Part shown: one piece after another, positions 37,860 through 46,911 of the stretch | How the letters are laid out: each line of letters starts with the position of its first letter | Position numbering within the stretch: position 1 is the first letter of the stretch | Origin: Candidatus Cloacimonadales bacterium | Lineage (GTDB): Bacteria; Cloacimonadota; Cloacimonadia; Cloacimonadales; JAFGVF01 | Direction of reading: 5' to 3' | Length of the DNA: 64,000 nt | Assembly (NCBI GenBank): GCA_963662585.1 | Contig: OY759729.1 | Location: forward strand, 1,316,947-1,380,946 | The notes under the pieces: model-generated | The model's database searches: none | Seen by the model: only the letters and a program-made list of their open reading frames with translations | Told to the model about the DNA's origin: nothing | Translations under genes and position numbers: made by a program

Positions 37860-38170
37860 CTTGGGGCTTATTGCTTTACACCCTTCTGGGAAACCACCCC
37901 GTCAGAGAAATACACTGCCACACTTCCAAAGAGGGGAATTAAAAACCCATAAAACCGCCAGGGATAAGCTACACCAACCCAGGCGACTGAAGAAAATCTC
38001 CCGAAGCGATTTAGACAGTACAACACAATCACCTAGTGTACATGTACCAGCCTTCAAGCTTTATCTTTCTTTGGTCATCAACTCCTCCTTCACACTCATC
38101 TTAAATAATATTCGGATTCTAATTAGGAGGAGTGAGAAGGAGCACCCAAAGAGCTTAAAGAGATGACCTT
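37860..38170. other. GC-enriched, hairpin-rich noncoding island; candidate structured RNA of unknown class
   Basis: The composition is clearly less AT-rich than the surrounding intergenic DNA. Several stems are visible: CGCCUGGG...CCCUGGCG (minus sense), CTCCTTCACACTC/GAGTGAGAAGGAG (38085-38142) and AAATC-GCTTCGGGA-GATTT. The only ORF (37813..38166) has no protein-like features. Confidence 0.35.
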
Positions 38171-38393
38171 TGATAGATTCAAGAAGATAGTATCCTAACA
38201 AAATTTAAGGGCAAAAGAGGTTTTTCCCTACTTTAAGGTCTTTTCTTCATTCGTGTAATTCGTGTATAGATTTTTCTTTATTAACTCTGTTATCTCTAGC
38301 TCCTGCCTTCTATTCTTCTCCAAAAGCAAAAAAATGCTAGCATTAAGCAGTTTATTACTTATATTAATAAAAAAAAATCGAATAGGAAGCCAC

Positions 38394-39764
38394 ATGAGGA
38401 TAGAAGAAGATTTAATTGGTGATTATGAGATAGAAAAAGATAGATTGTATGGAATAAATACTGCGAGGGCATTGGATAATTTCAGGATATCGAATTTAAG
38501 AATGCCAGCAATATTTATTAAAGCATTAGCTCAGGTAAAGTTAGCTTCAGCAAGAACTAATTTCCAGCTAGCTTATCTTGATGATGAGAAATATGAAGCT
38601 ATGTTCTCCGCTTTGGATGAAATTATTTCAGGTAAGCATGATGGTGAGTTTGTTACCGATGCTCTACAAGGTGGTGCGGGTACTTCCACAAATATGAATA
38701 TGAATGAAGTTGTTGCTAATTTGGCTAACAAATATTTAGGTCATGAAATTGGCAGTTATCAGGAAGTAAAGCCTCTTGCCGATGTAAATATGCATCAATC
38801 AACTAATGATGTATATCCTAGTGCAGTAAGAATTGCCATTCTCTATCTTCTTAAAGATTTAGAGAAAGATCTAGCAGATTTACAAGAAGCCTTTCAAGCA
38901 AAAGAACAAGAATTTCATGATATTGTCAAGATTGGTAGAACTCAACTTCAAGAGGCTGTCCCAATGACTTTAGGTATGGAATTCTCAGCTTATGCAGAGG
39001 CTATTTCCCGGGATAGATGGAGAATCTTTAAATGTCGTGAAAGAATAAAAGTTTTAAATCTAGGTGGAACAGCTATTGGAACTGGTGTTGGTGCTCCTCA
39101 AAAGTATATTTTCAAAGTAGTGGAGAATCTGAAAGAAATTACTGGATTAGTGATTGCTCGCTCTGAGAACTTAGTGGAAACAACCCAAAATCTTGATCCT
39201 TTCGTAGAGATTTCTGGGATGATCAAGACTGTAGCTGTAAATCTTTTTAAGATTAGTAATGATTTAAGGCTTCTTTCAAGTGATATGGGCGAGATTAATC
39301 TTCCTGCCTTGCAAAGTGGTTCTACAATAATGCCGACAAAGATAAATCCCGTAATGCCTGAAGCTGTTTCCCAGGTTGCCTTAAAGGTTATTGCCAATGA
39401 CTCAATTGTGACCAATGCTGCAGCTCTTGGAAACTTAGAGTTGAATCAATTCATGCCTCTCATAGCTTATAGTATGCTGGAATCTTTAGAGATTTTACAT
39501 AGTGTAATACCACTTTTCCAAGACAAGTGTATTAAGGGAATAACAGCTAATCCTCAAGTGTGCAAAGATAAGCTTTTTAGAAGTAGAACTATCGCAACTA
39601 TTTTCGTGCCAATCCTAGGATATTCAAAAGTTGAAGAGTTAATCAAAGAATCTCTTGCCAAAAAAGTTAATATAAAAGATTTGATTATTGCAGAGAAGCT
39701 TCTTAATGAAGCAGAAATAGATGAATTATTGAGTCCTAATAGAATGTATAAATTAGGATTTTAG
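38394..39764 (+). CDS. Aspartate ammonia-lyase/fumarase-family lyase (Hyd-cluster associated)
   Basis: Class II fumarase/aspartase signature region SGSTIMPTKINPVMPE and the N-terminal MRIEEDLIGDYEIEKDRLYGINTARA. The start is revised to the ATG at 38394. The listed extension is hydrophobic junk. Confidence 0.75.
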   Translation: MRIEEDLIGDYEIEKDRLYGINTARALDNFRISNLRMPAIFIKALAQVKLASARTNFQLAYLDDEKYEAMFSALDEIISGKHDGEFVTDALQGGAGTSTNMNMNEVVANLANKYLGHEIGSYQEVKPLADVNMHQSTNDVYPSAVRIAILYLLKDLEKDLADLQEAFQAKEQEFHDIVKIGRTQLQEAVPMTLGMEFSAYAEAISRDRWRIFKCRERIKVLNLGGTAIGTGVGAPQKYIFKVVENLKEITGLVIARSENLVETTQNLDPFVEISGMIKTVAVNLFKISNDLRLLSSDMGEINLPALQSGSTIMPTKINPVMPEAVSQVALKVIANDSIVTNAAALGNLELNQFMPLIAYSMLESLEILHSVIPLFQDKCIKGITANPQVCKDKLFRSRTIATIFVPILGYSKVEELIKESLAKKVNIKDLIIAEKLLNEAEIDELLSPNRMYKLGF

Positions 39765-39772
39765 GAGAAATA

Positions 39773-40843
39773 ATGAAAACTTATAATTGGGATAATTTAT
39801 CCAAAAATGATATGATAGAATTAATATCCACTAATGATAAGCTTTTACTTCAAAAGATGTATGACGAAGCTTACAAAGTGAAATTAAGATATGTAGGAAA
39901 TACTGTTTATTTCCGTGGTTTAGTAGAGTTTAGTAATATCTGTACCAAAGATTGCCTTTACTGTGGAATTAGAAAAGGTAATGATAGAGTTGATAGATAC
40001 TGTCTTTCCAAAGAAGATATTTTACAGTCTGCAAAATGGGCTCATGACCATAACTATGCCTCCTTTGTTTTGCAATCTGGTGAAAGAACAGATGAAGAAT
40101 TTGTTTCTTTTGTAGAAGAGGTATTATACGAAATTAAAGATAAATATGGATTAGGTGTAACTCTTTCTCTAGGGGAAGAGAGTCGAGAGACTTACCGTAG
40201 ATGGAGAAAAGCAGGGGCAAGTAGATATCTACTTAGAATTGAAAGCTCTAATCCTGAAATTTACAAACTAATTCATCCAGAAGAGTGTGATTTCCAGGCC
40301 AGACTTCAAGCAATAGAAGATTTGAGAGCTGAAGATTATCAGGTTGGAACTGGAGTTATGATAGGCCTACCAACTCAGACTGCTGAAGATTTAGTCAATG
40401 ATATTCTCTTTTTCAAAGAACATGACATTGATATGATAGGTATGGGACCTTATATTGTACATCATGATACCCCAATGGCTGCCATGATGAAAGATTATGA
40501 TCCTGCTCATCAATTGGAATTAGGACTTAAAATGATAGCTTTAACTAGACTTTATCTCAAGGATGTTAATATTGCTTCTACAACAGCTTTACAAACTTTA
40601 GATTCCCTTGGTAGAGAACGAGGTATCTTGGCTGGAGCTAATATTTGTATGCCAGTTGTTTATGAATCTGTCAATAGAAAGAACTATCTGCTTTATGATA
40701 ATAAACCTGCTCTTACAGAAACCAGTGAAGAAAATATGAAAGCTTTTGAGAAATCTATTCATCGCATTGGGGAAAATATCGGTTACGGGGTAATGGGTAA
40801 TTCTCCTCACTATAAAAAGAGAAAGGAAGCGAATAATGGCTAA
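39773..40843 (+). CDS. hydE: [FeFe]-hydrogenase maturase HydE (radical SAM)
   Basis: EFSNICTKDCLYCGIRKGN (CX3CX2C), VTLSLGE, RYLLRIESSNPEIY and FFKEHDIDMIGMGPYI match the HydE pattern. Confidence 0.85.
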   Translation: MKTYNWDNLSKNDMIELISTNDKLLLQKMYDEAYKVKLRYVGNTVYFRGLVEFSNICTKDCLYCGIRKGNDRVDRYCLSKEDILQSAKWAHDHNYASFVLQSGERTDEEFVSFVEEVLYEIKDKYGLGVTLSLGEESRETYRRWRKAGASRYLLRIESSNPEIYKLIHPEECDFQARLQAIEDLRAEDYQVGTGVMIGLPTQTAEDLVNDILFFKEHDIDMIGMGPYIVHHDTPMAAMMKDYDPAHQLELGLKMIALTRLYLKDVNIASTTALQTLDSLGRERGILAGANICMPVVYESVNRKNYLLYDNKPALTETSEENMKAFEKSIHRIGENIGYGVMGNSPHYKKRKEANNG

Positions 40844-42044
40844 AGTTCCACGCGGTGAAAGGTTAGTTCTTACTCTAATAGGTAAAAGAAATGCTGGTAA
40901 ATCGTCCCTGATTAACGCCATGACTGGTCAAGAAATCTCCATTGTTTCAGATACTCCAGGAACCACAACAGATCCAGTTGCAAAAGCTTATGAATTGCTT
41001 CCTCTTGGTGCTGTTACTATCTATGATACAGCAGGTATCGATGATGTGGGAGATTTAGGTGAGCAAAGAGTCAAGAAAACCCGTAAGATTCTCTTCAGAA
41101 CAGATGTGGCAATTGTTGTTACTGATAGCACAGAAGTTGATAATGATTTACAGAAGATTATTGTTGATCTCCAAGTAATGAAAGTTCCTTTTATTGTTGC
41201 CTTTAACAAGAATGACCTTAACCCTCTTCCTAAAACAACCAGAGAATTTTGTAAAAGTAATAATATTCCCTTTACTTCTGTTTCCGGAACTAGCGGAGAT
41301 GGGGTGAAAATGCTGAAGGAGAAACTTGTTACTTTAGTACCGTCTTCTCTCACTCATGAAAATAACTTAGTTTCAGATTTACTTCGTCCTGGCCAACTTG
41401 TAGTCTTGGTTGTTCCTATAGATTTGGCAGCTCCTAAAGGGAGATTAATTCTTCCTCAAGTGCAAGTACTTAGAGAAGTTTTAGACTCTGATGCGGTAGG
41501 TATTATCGTTAAGGAGAGAGAATTAGAGAAAGCTTTGGCAGGATTAAGTAGAAAACCTGACCTAGTAATAACCGATTCTCAAGTAGTTCTAAAAGTAGTG
41601 GGAGATATTCCTCCTGATGTAAGATTCACTACTTTTTCCACTCTTTTTGCTCGTTATAAAGGTGATTTTGAAACACTTATCAATGGTGCCAAGGCTATCG
41701 ACAAACTCAAAGATGGTTCTAAGATTCTTATTGCCGAAGCATGTTCTCATCATACTCAAGCTGATGATATTGGGACTGTAAAAATTCCCCGTTGGATGAG
41801 ACAGTTTACCGGCAAAGAACTTATCTTTGAAAAGAGTGCTGGAAATGACTTTCCTGAGAATTTGGAAGAATATGACTTAGTCCTTCATTGTGGTTCATGT
41901 ATGCTTAATCAGATTGAGATGAAACGCAGGATTATGGAGTGCGAACGCAGAGGTGTGCCAATCTCTAACTATGGAATAACAATCTCTAAGCTTCACGGAG
42001 TCTTAGATAGAGTCATCGAACCTTTCTTTATGAGAAGCAAATAA
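40836..42044 (+). CDS. hydF: [FeFe]-hydrogenase maturation GTPase HydF
   Basis: G1 GKRNAGKSSLINA, G3 DTAG, G4 NKND, and C-terminal cluster-binding Cys motifs (EACSHH...HCGSCMLN). It overlaps the hydE stop by 8 nt. Confidence 0.85.
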   Translation: MAKVPRGERLVLTLIGKRNAGKSSLINAMTGQEISIVSDTPGTTTDPVAKAYELLPLGAVTIYDTAGIDDVGDLGEQRVKKTRKILFRTDVAIVVTDSTEVDNDLQKIIVDLQVMKVPFIVAFNKNDLNPLPKTTREFCKSNNIPFTSVSGTSGDGVKMLKEKLVTLVPSSLTHENNLVSDLLRPGQLVVLVVPIDLAAPKGRLILPQVQVLREVLDSDAVGIIVKERELEKALAGLSRKPDLVITDSQVVLKVVGDIPPDVRFTTFSTLFARYKGDFETLINGAKAIDKLKDGSKILIAEACSHHTQADDIGTVKIPRWMRQFTGKELIFEKSAGNDFPENLEEYDLVLHCGSCMLNQIEMKRRIMECERRGVPISNYGITISKLHGVLDRVIEPFFMRSK

Positions 42045-42075
42045 TTCCTAGGTTAAGCAAATAATTGAAGGGCTA

Positions 42076-42345
42076 ATGGGGAATATTGCGTTTTGGATTC
42101 TAATTCTACAGATATCTTTATTATCTGCTGTTCAGGATAATCAATCTAAGTTAAATATAAATAACATTACAAAAGATTACTTAGAAAATACTCAAGAAGA
42201 TCATGGCTCAAGTAATAAGAAAATATCTTTCTTTAATAATAACAAAGTTGATAGTTACTTTGCTGTCACCTTTGGTTTAAATAAATCTTTTCTTTATTCA
42301 TCAACGAATGATAAAGAGCTTATTCTTGAAATTATAGCACCATAA
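42076..42345 (+). CDS. Small hypothetical secreted protein
   Basis: 89-aa ORF with a hydrophobic N-terminus, immediately upstream of the MORN-repeat gene. Confidence 0.3.
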   Translation: MGNIAFWILILQISLLSAVQDNQSKLNINNITKDYLENTQEDHGSSNKKISFFNNNKVDSYFAVTFGLNKSFLYSSTNDKELILEIIAP

Positions 42346-42355
42346 GGAGATAATT

Positions 42356-44239
42356 ATGGATACTAAAATGTTTCTAACACTGCTTCTCGTCTTGCTGACT
42401 GCAAGTTGCTTAGCTAGTGAAAATTTAGACTATCATGACTTAGGAAAGATACACACTATTACTCAATACAAAAATAATAAACTTCATGGCCAACAAAAAC
42501 TTTATTATGTAAATGGTGATATAAAAGTAATCTCAAATTATAAGAATGGCAAAAAACATGGTGAGCATATGGAGTATCTCAGCAATGAGTACTTATACAG
42601 AAAAGGTCATTTCAAGAATGGTAAAAAGCATGGCGAGTTTCTTGAATATTTCGAAAACTATAAAAGTATGTATTCTTCAAGCACTATTCTTCATGTTGGT
42701 CTGAAATCTAAACGCTATTATAAAGATGATAAATTGCAAGGACCGCAAATAGATTACTCTGGAAATGATATAGCATACTCTAAAAGAGATCATGTTGATG
42801 GTATCGAGGATCGGGAAAGTATAGTGTACTATCAGAATGGAAATATAAGGTCAAAAATCCAATATAAAGATGGAAAGAAAAATGGCCAGACTATAGAATA
42901 TAATGAAGATGGCAACATAGACTATATAGCCCATTTTAAAGATAATATTCTAGATGGGGAGTATACAAAATATTCCTCAAGCGGAAATAAAATCTATACT
43001 TCTAACTATAAAGATGGTAATTTAGAAGGAAAGACTATCATCTACTTAGAAAATGGAGAAATAGACACTCGCAAAAATATTGAACTTATTGAATACCATA
43101 AGAATGGGAATATCGCTTCGAAAGTAAATTATGTAGATGGAATAGAAAATGGTGAATTCAGTGAATACGATAAAGATGGTAATATTAAAACAAAAGGTTA
43201 CCTAAAGAATCGAGCAAGACATGGAGAGTTTACAACATACAATAGAGAAGGAAAAATACTCTCCATAATAAGTTTCCTTAACGGGGTGGGAAACGGTCTC
43301 TGTACCTACTACTATCCTGATGGATCAGTAGCGAGTAAAGCTAATTATATAGGCTGTAAAAAGGATGGAGAGTATCTTGAATATGCTTATAATGGTAAGC
43401 TAACAGTTAAAGCGAATTATAAGAATGGAGAGAGACATGGCTTAAGCCAAGAGTATCATGATAATGGAGAAAAAAAGTATATATTTAATTATAAAGATGG
43501 GAAAAGGCATGGAGAATGTATAATATATAGCGAAAATGGTACTCTTATCAGTAAAACAAATTTCGTTGAAGATAAAATAGTTGGCAAATACAGATCATAC
43601 CATGACAATGGTAATAGAAATATGGAAGGACAATATATTGATGGTAAAGCGCATGGATTGTTTATAAATTACAGTTATTTTAGGGATAACAAAGTCTCTG
43701 AAACTAATTATATCGAGGGCAAAAAGCAAGGTATTCAGACAGAATACGATTATAATAATGGTAACAAAACAACTGAAGTTAATTATAAAAATGATAAAAA
43801 AGATGGTTGGATTATTGAGTTTGGAGAAAAGGGAAATATCAAGGAGAAAATTAATTATAAAGACGATCTTAAAAATGGAGAGAACATTCTCTATTATGAC
43901 TCTGGGGAGATCAAGTCAGTAAGCAATTATATCGATGATGAAAAGTGTGGTAAATATATAAAGTACTATAAAAATGGGAATAAGATGCTTGAATATAATT
44001 ATCAAAATGGAGCTTTAGAAGGTAAAATAATTTGCTATTTAGAAAATGGAGAAATAGACACAAGAAAAAAGATTGAATTTATTGAGTATTATGAAAATGG
44101 TCAAGTGATGCGAATTACCCATTTGGTCAATGGTAAAAGAGAAGGTGAATGTATTACTTTCTATGATAACGAAAAGAGAATTAGCATGAATTTTAGAAAC
44201 TTTGAACCAGTTTTTGAATCATCTCCTTTTTCATATTGA
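42356..44239 (+). CDS. MORN-variant (YwqK-like) repeat protein with signal/lipoprotein leader
   Basis: Leader FLTLLLVLLTASC, followed by more than 20 copies of the ~23-aa unit Y-x-NGxxxxxxxYKNGKKHGExxxY. Confidence 0.75.
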   Translation: MDTKMFLTLLLVLLTASCLASENLDYHDLGKIHTITQYKNNKLHGQQKLYYVNGDIKVISNYKNGKKHGEHMEYLSNEYLYRKGHFKNGKKHGEFLEYFENYKSMYSSSTILHVGLKSKRYYKDDKLQGPQIDYSGNDIAYSKRDHVDGIEDRESIVYYQNGNIRSKIQYKDGKKNGQTIEYNEDGNIDYIAHFKDNILDGEYTKYSSSGNKIYTSNYKDGNLEGKTIIYLENGEIDTRKNIELIEYHKNGNIASKVNYVDGIENGEFSEYDKDGNIKTKGYLKNRARHGEFTTYNREGKILSIISFLNGVGNGLCTYYYPDGSVASKANYIGCKKDGEYLEYAYNGKLTVKANYKNGERHGLSQEYHDNGEKKYIFNYKDGKRHGECIIYSENGTLISKTNFVEDKIVGKYRSYHDNGNRNMEGQYIDGKAHGLFINYSYFRDNKVSETNYIEGKKQGIQTEYDYNNGNKTTEVNYKNDKKDGWIIEFGEKGNIKEKINYKDDLKNGENILYYDSGEIKSVSNYIDDEKCGKYIKYYKNGNKMLEYNYQNGALEGKIICYLENGEIDTRKKIEFIEYYENGQVMRITHLVNGKREGECITFYDNEKRISMNFRNFEPVFESSPFSY

Positions 44240-44282
44240 TATTGCAGGAGCACTTCCACTTAGCCTTGATTATTATTTTGAT

Positions 44283-44306
44283 AAAAAAAAGCTCCCACAA
44301 GGGAGC
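44283..44306 (-). terminator. Rho-independent terminator (minus-strand sense)
   Basis: The minus strand reads GCTCCC-ttgt-GGGAGC followed by T8. Confidence 0.65.
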
Positions 44307-44557
44307 CTAACTCTTAAGAAATTCAATACTTGATTTAGTAATTTATATTATAAATCACTAAATTGGGAAAACACATTATCATATTTCTAAATCACACATG
44401 AATATAATATTCTATATTAAAAATTAGTCAAACTCTTTCAAGCTGAAAAGCTCTCCTATATATCCTAAATGCAATAGAATAGAATGAATTACTCTAGTGC
44501 AGTAATAATTGCTTTAAAGCAAGACTTTACTTATTGATTTCTTTCGGAAAAGAATCT

Positions 44558-45106
44558 CTAATCCTCAGGAACCCTATTTTTTCTTTGTCTATTAACTCTT
44601 AGTTTTCTTTCACTCCAGCCAGGTCTCATTTCTTCATTGCCTTCAGGAGGTCGCATTTCATTCATACCATCAGAATGTCTCATTCTTTTTTCCATCATTT
44701 GAATATGGTTATCAAAAAACTCTTTAGCTTGTTCAGGAGTTAGAGTTTTCCTCATTTCAATCATTTCCTTATAGAAATTCAAGCTAATCTCCTGAATAGT
44801 CTTATTGATTTGATCGTTTAACTTAGCTAAAGAATCGTAGTTAGGTTCGGCTTTAATTAGTTCTTCCATAAACTGGATTCTTAAATCTCTATTTTTTTCA
44901 TTTAAATTTCTGATATTTTTCCTATACTTAAGATGGATATCAGGTCTATGTTCTTTTAATCCTTGGAAACTTTCTCTAGTTTCTGGTAAAGCTTCTTCTC
45001 TCTCAAATCTCTCATGAATAACAAAATGATAAATACAAGATCCTACAACAGCAATATTAAAAGCTAAGGATATGAAGAGCAAAGCAAAGAGTAATTTTCT
45101 GTTCAT
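44558..45106 (-). CDS. Periplasmic LTXXQ-motif (Spy/CpxP-like) protein
   Basis: N-terminal TM/signal, a helical body and the LTPEQAKEF motif. It is the last gene of the ECF sigma operon. Confidence 0.55.
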   Translation of the reverse strand: MNRKLLFALLFISLAFNIAVVGSCIYHFVIHERFEREEALPETRESFQGLKEHRPDIHLKYRKNIRNLNEKNRDLRIQFMEELIKAEPNYDSLAKLNDQINKTIQEISLNFYKEMIEMRKTLTPEQAKEFFDNHIQMMEKRMRHSDGMNEMRPPEGNEEMRPGWSERKLRVNRQRKNRVPED

Positions 45107-45115
45107 TTCGTCCTC

Positions 45116-45523
45116 TTAATTATCGTAATAGTAGTTTATTACATCTTCAATTTCTAAAGTTGAGTATAAATCTGTGCTATATGTATTTTGGTTAGCTAAA
45201 TTATCATCTTGAGTCGTGAAAACAGAAGTAGTAAAGAATATTCCTAAAGCGAAACTCATTAAACTACCCACTAGGGCAGGAGCGTATCTAATAAAGAATG
45301 GTCTTGGCTTAGTCTGATATTTAACAGAATTAAGAACTCTTCTAGTTATGTCCTCAGGAACAAGGTTATTTTCGACTTTCTGAAGTAATTTTTCTACTTC
45401 TTCAAATCTATTAAATAAAGAAGCAAATTCTTGATCCTTAGCCAATCTCTCTTCTACTTCTTTTCTCTCTTGAGGATTTGCTTCTCCGTCAAGGTAGCGA
45501 TTAATCAATCTTTCAACTTTCAT
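45116..45523 (-). CDS. Anti-sigma factor (single-pass membrane)
   Basis: MKVERLINRYLDGEANPQERKEVEERLAKDQEF is a typical anti-sigma N-terminal domain, and there is one TM. The start is revised to the ATG at 45523 behind AGGAGGAAGT. Confidence 0.6.
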   Translation of the reverse strand: MKVERLINRYLDGEANPQERKEVEERLAKDQEFASLFNRFEEVEKLLQKVENNLVPEDITRRVLNSVKYQTKPRPFFIRYAPALVGSLMSFALGIFFTTSVFTTQDDNLANQNTYSTDLYSTLEIEDVINYYYDN

Positions 45524-45548
45524 ACTTCCTCCTAAGTTAAGAAGTAAT

Positions 45549-46058
45549 TTATAAAATGATTCCCAGATCATCTTTAACTCTTTTTTCTATTATCTTTCTA
45601 AGTTTTTTTTTGGCTCTTACTAACTGACTTTCAATTGCTTTGATAGAATATCCAGTCTCTTCTGAAATCTCTTTATAGCTCTTCTTTTGATAGATTTTTA
45701 GTTCAATTAAAAGAGACATCTTAGCTGGTAATTCAGCCATAGCATATTTAATTATGTCTTTGTATATATCTTCTTTTTCTTCACTACCTAAATCAGCTAT
45801 ATTACTGAAATCAAGATTGGGGAAGCTGATCTCTCTTTTTCTTTTCTTTAAATAATCCAAAGAATTATTATGACAAGCCCGATAGAGATAGGGAGACACT
45901 TTATCAGTATCAACTCCTTCCATTTTGTCATAAAAAGCTATGAAAACACTTTGTAAAACATCTTCAGCATCTTCCCTTTGTCCTACAAATTTCAGAATAT
46001 AGTTATATAATTTTGGAGTGAAGTCTTTTACTACTCTTTCGAAATTATCTCTTTTCAT
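45549..46058 (-). CDS. ECF-type RNA polymerase sigma factor
   Basis: Region 2 (DAEDVLQSVFIAFY...YLYRACHNNSLDYLKK) and region 4 HTH (KSYKEISEETGYSIKAIESQLVRAKKKL). Confidence 0.8.
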   Translation of the reverse strand: MKRDNFERVVKDFTPKLYNYILKFVGQREDAEDVLQSVFIAFYDKMEGVDTDKVSPYLYRACHNNSLDYLKKRKREISFPNLDFSNIADLGSEEKEDIYKDIIKYAMAELPAKMSLLIELKIYQKKSYKEISEETGYSIKAIESQLVRAKKKLRKIIEKRVKDDLGIIL

Positions 46059-46149
46059 CCACTCTCCTATCTCTTAAGACTATTTCAACAATGTTTTCCT
46101 GCAAAAAAAATAAATTTACTTTCATTTAAAGTTATCTAAGCACTCTGAT

Positions 46150-46183
46150 TAAATAAATATAGGGCGTACTTTATACGCCCTAT
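46150..46183 (-). terminator. Hairpin terminator after the response-regulator gene
   Basis: ATAGGGCGTA-cttta-TACGCCCTAT, T-rich on the minus-strand 3' side. Confidence 0.6.
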
Positions 46184-46285
46184 TCTTAAAACTCTATGAA
46201 TAGCCTCTTAAATTAAGAGTAAATTTGTAATAATGACCTCTTAATTAGTGTGTTAGAATTCAACACAGATTTCTAGATCCTTAAT

Positions 46286-46903
46286 CTATTCGTCTTCCTT
46301 TTCCAATTCAGGTTTAACTATTTTTTCATAACAACTAGGGCAGATACTATGACTAAACTGAGTATCTGAGTGGTCACTGATATATAGTTCTAAATCCTGC
46401 CAGACCTTATTATCTACTCTGACTTTTTTGCAATAGGAACAGATGGAAATCATTTTCTCTAAGTTTCTAATTCTATCTAAGCTTTCTTCTAATTGCTGTC
46501 TTTGGTATTCCATTTTCAGAGCAGATTTTACTCTAAGCATTAACTCAATATGATTAAAAGGCTTGCTAATATAGTCCATAGCTCCCAAATTAAAACTCTT
46601 CTTTAAGGGTTTCATTTCATCAGCAAGGGGAAGAGCTGTAATTACGATAACAGGAATATGTTTCCAAGCATTTCTTTGCTTAAGAATCTCTAAAATATCA
46701 TAACCACTTAACTCAGGCATCATAATGTCTAACAAAAGGATATCAGGTTTATTCTTTTCCATACCGGCAAGTAATTCATTACCATTATTGAGTAGGGTCA
46801 AATTATAGAATCCGTTTTGGTTCAAAATAGCCTTTATTAATCTAAGGTTAATCGGGTCATCATCAACGACATAGATCAACATATTTTCTAACTGTTTATC
46901 CAT
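46286..46903 (-). CDS. Response regulator: receiver domain plus C-terminal Cys-rich (zinc-ribbon-like) domain
   Basis: Receiver (YVVDDDPINL...DILLLDIMMPELSG...KPF), then ICSYCKKVRVDNKVWQDLELYISDHSDTQFSHSICPSCYEK. Confidence 0.8.
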   Translation of the reverse strand: MDKQLENMLIYVVDDDPINLRLIKAILNQNGFYNLTLLNNGNELLAGMEKNKPDILLLDIMMPELSGYDILEILKQRNAWKHIPVIVITALPLADEMKPLKKSFNLGAMDYISKPFNHIELMLRVKSALKMEYQRQQLEESLDRIRNLEKMISICSYCKKVRVDNKVWQDLELYISDHSDTQFSHSICPSCYEKIVKPELEKEDE

Positions 46904-46911
46904 AAAATCCT

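Noticed and set aside
37813-38166. 117-aa plus-strand ORF in the buk/hyd intergenic region
   Set aside because: It is a basic, Pro/Arg/Lys-rich sequence with no domain-like pattern. Its openness is explained by locally higher GC. The region looks more like structured RNA or DNA.
37860-38170. Tested by eye as tmRNA, RNase P RNA, SRP RNA, T-box or another riboswitch
   Set aside because: The diagnostic cores are absent on both strands: GAGGAAAGUCC and ACAGAAxxCGGCUUA for RNase P, GGGGxUGA...UUCGAC with a tag ORF and UCCACCA for tmRNA, GGAAGGAAGCAGC for SRP, and the full T-box GGGUGGUACCGCG. Only a partial GGGTGGTTTCCCAG resemblance exists.
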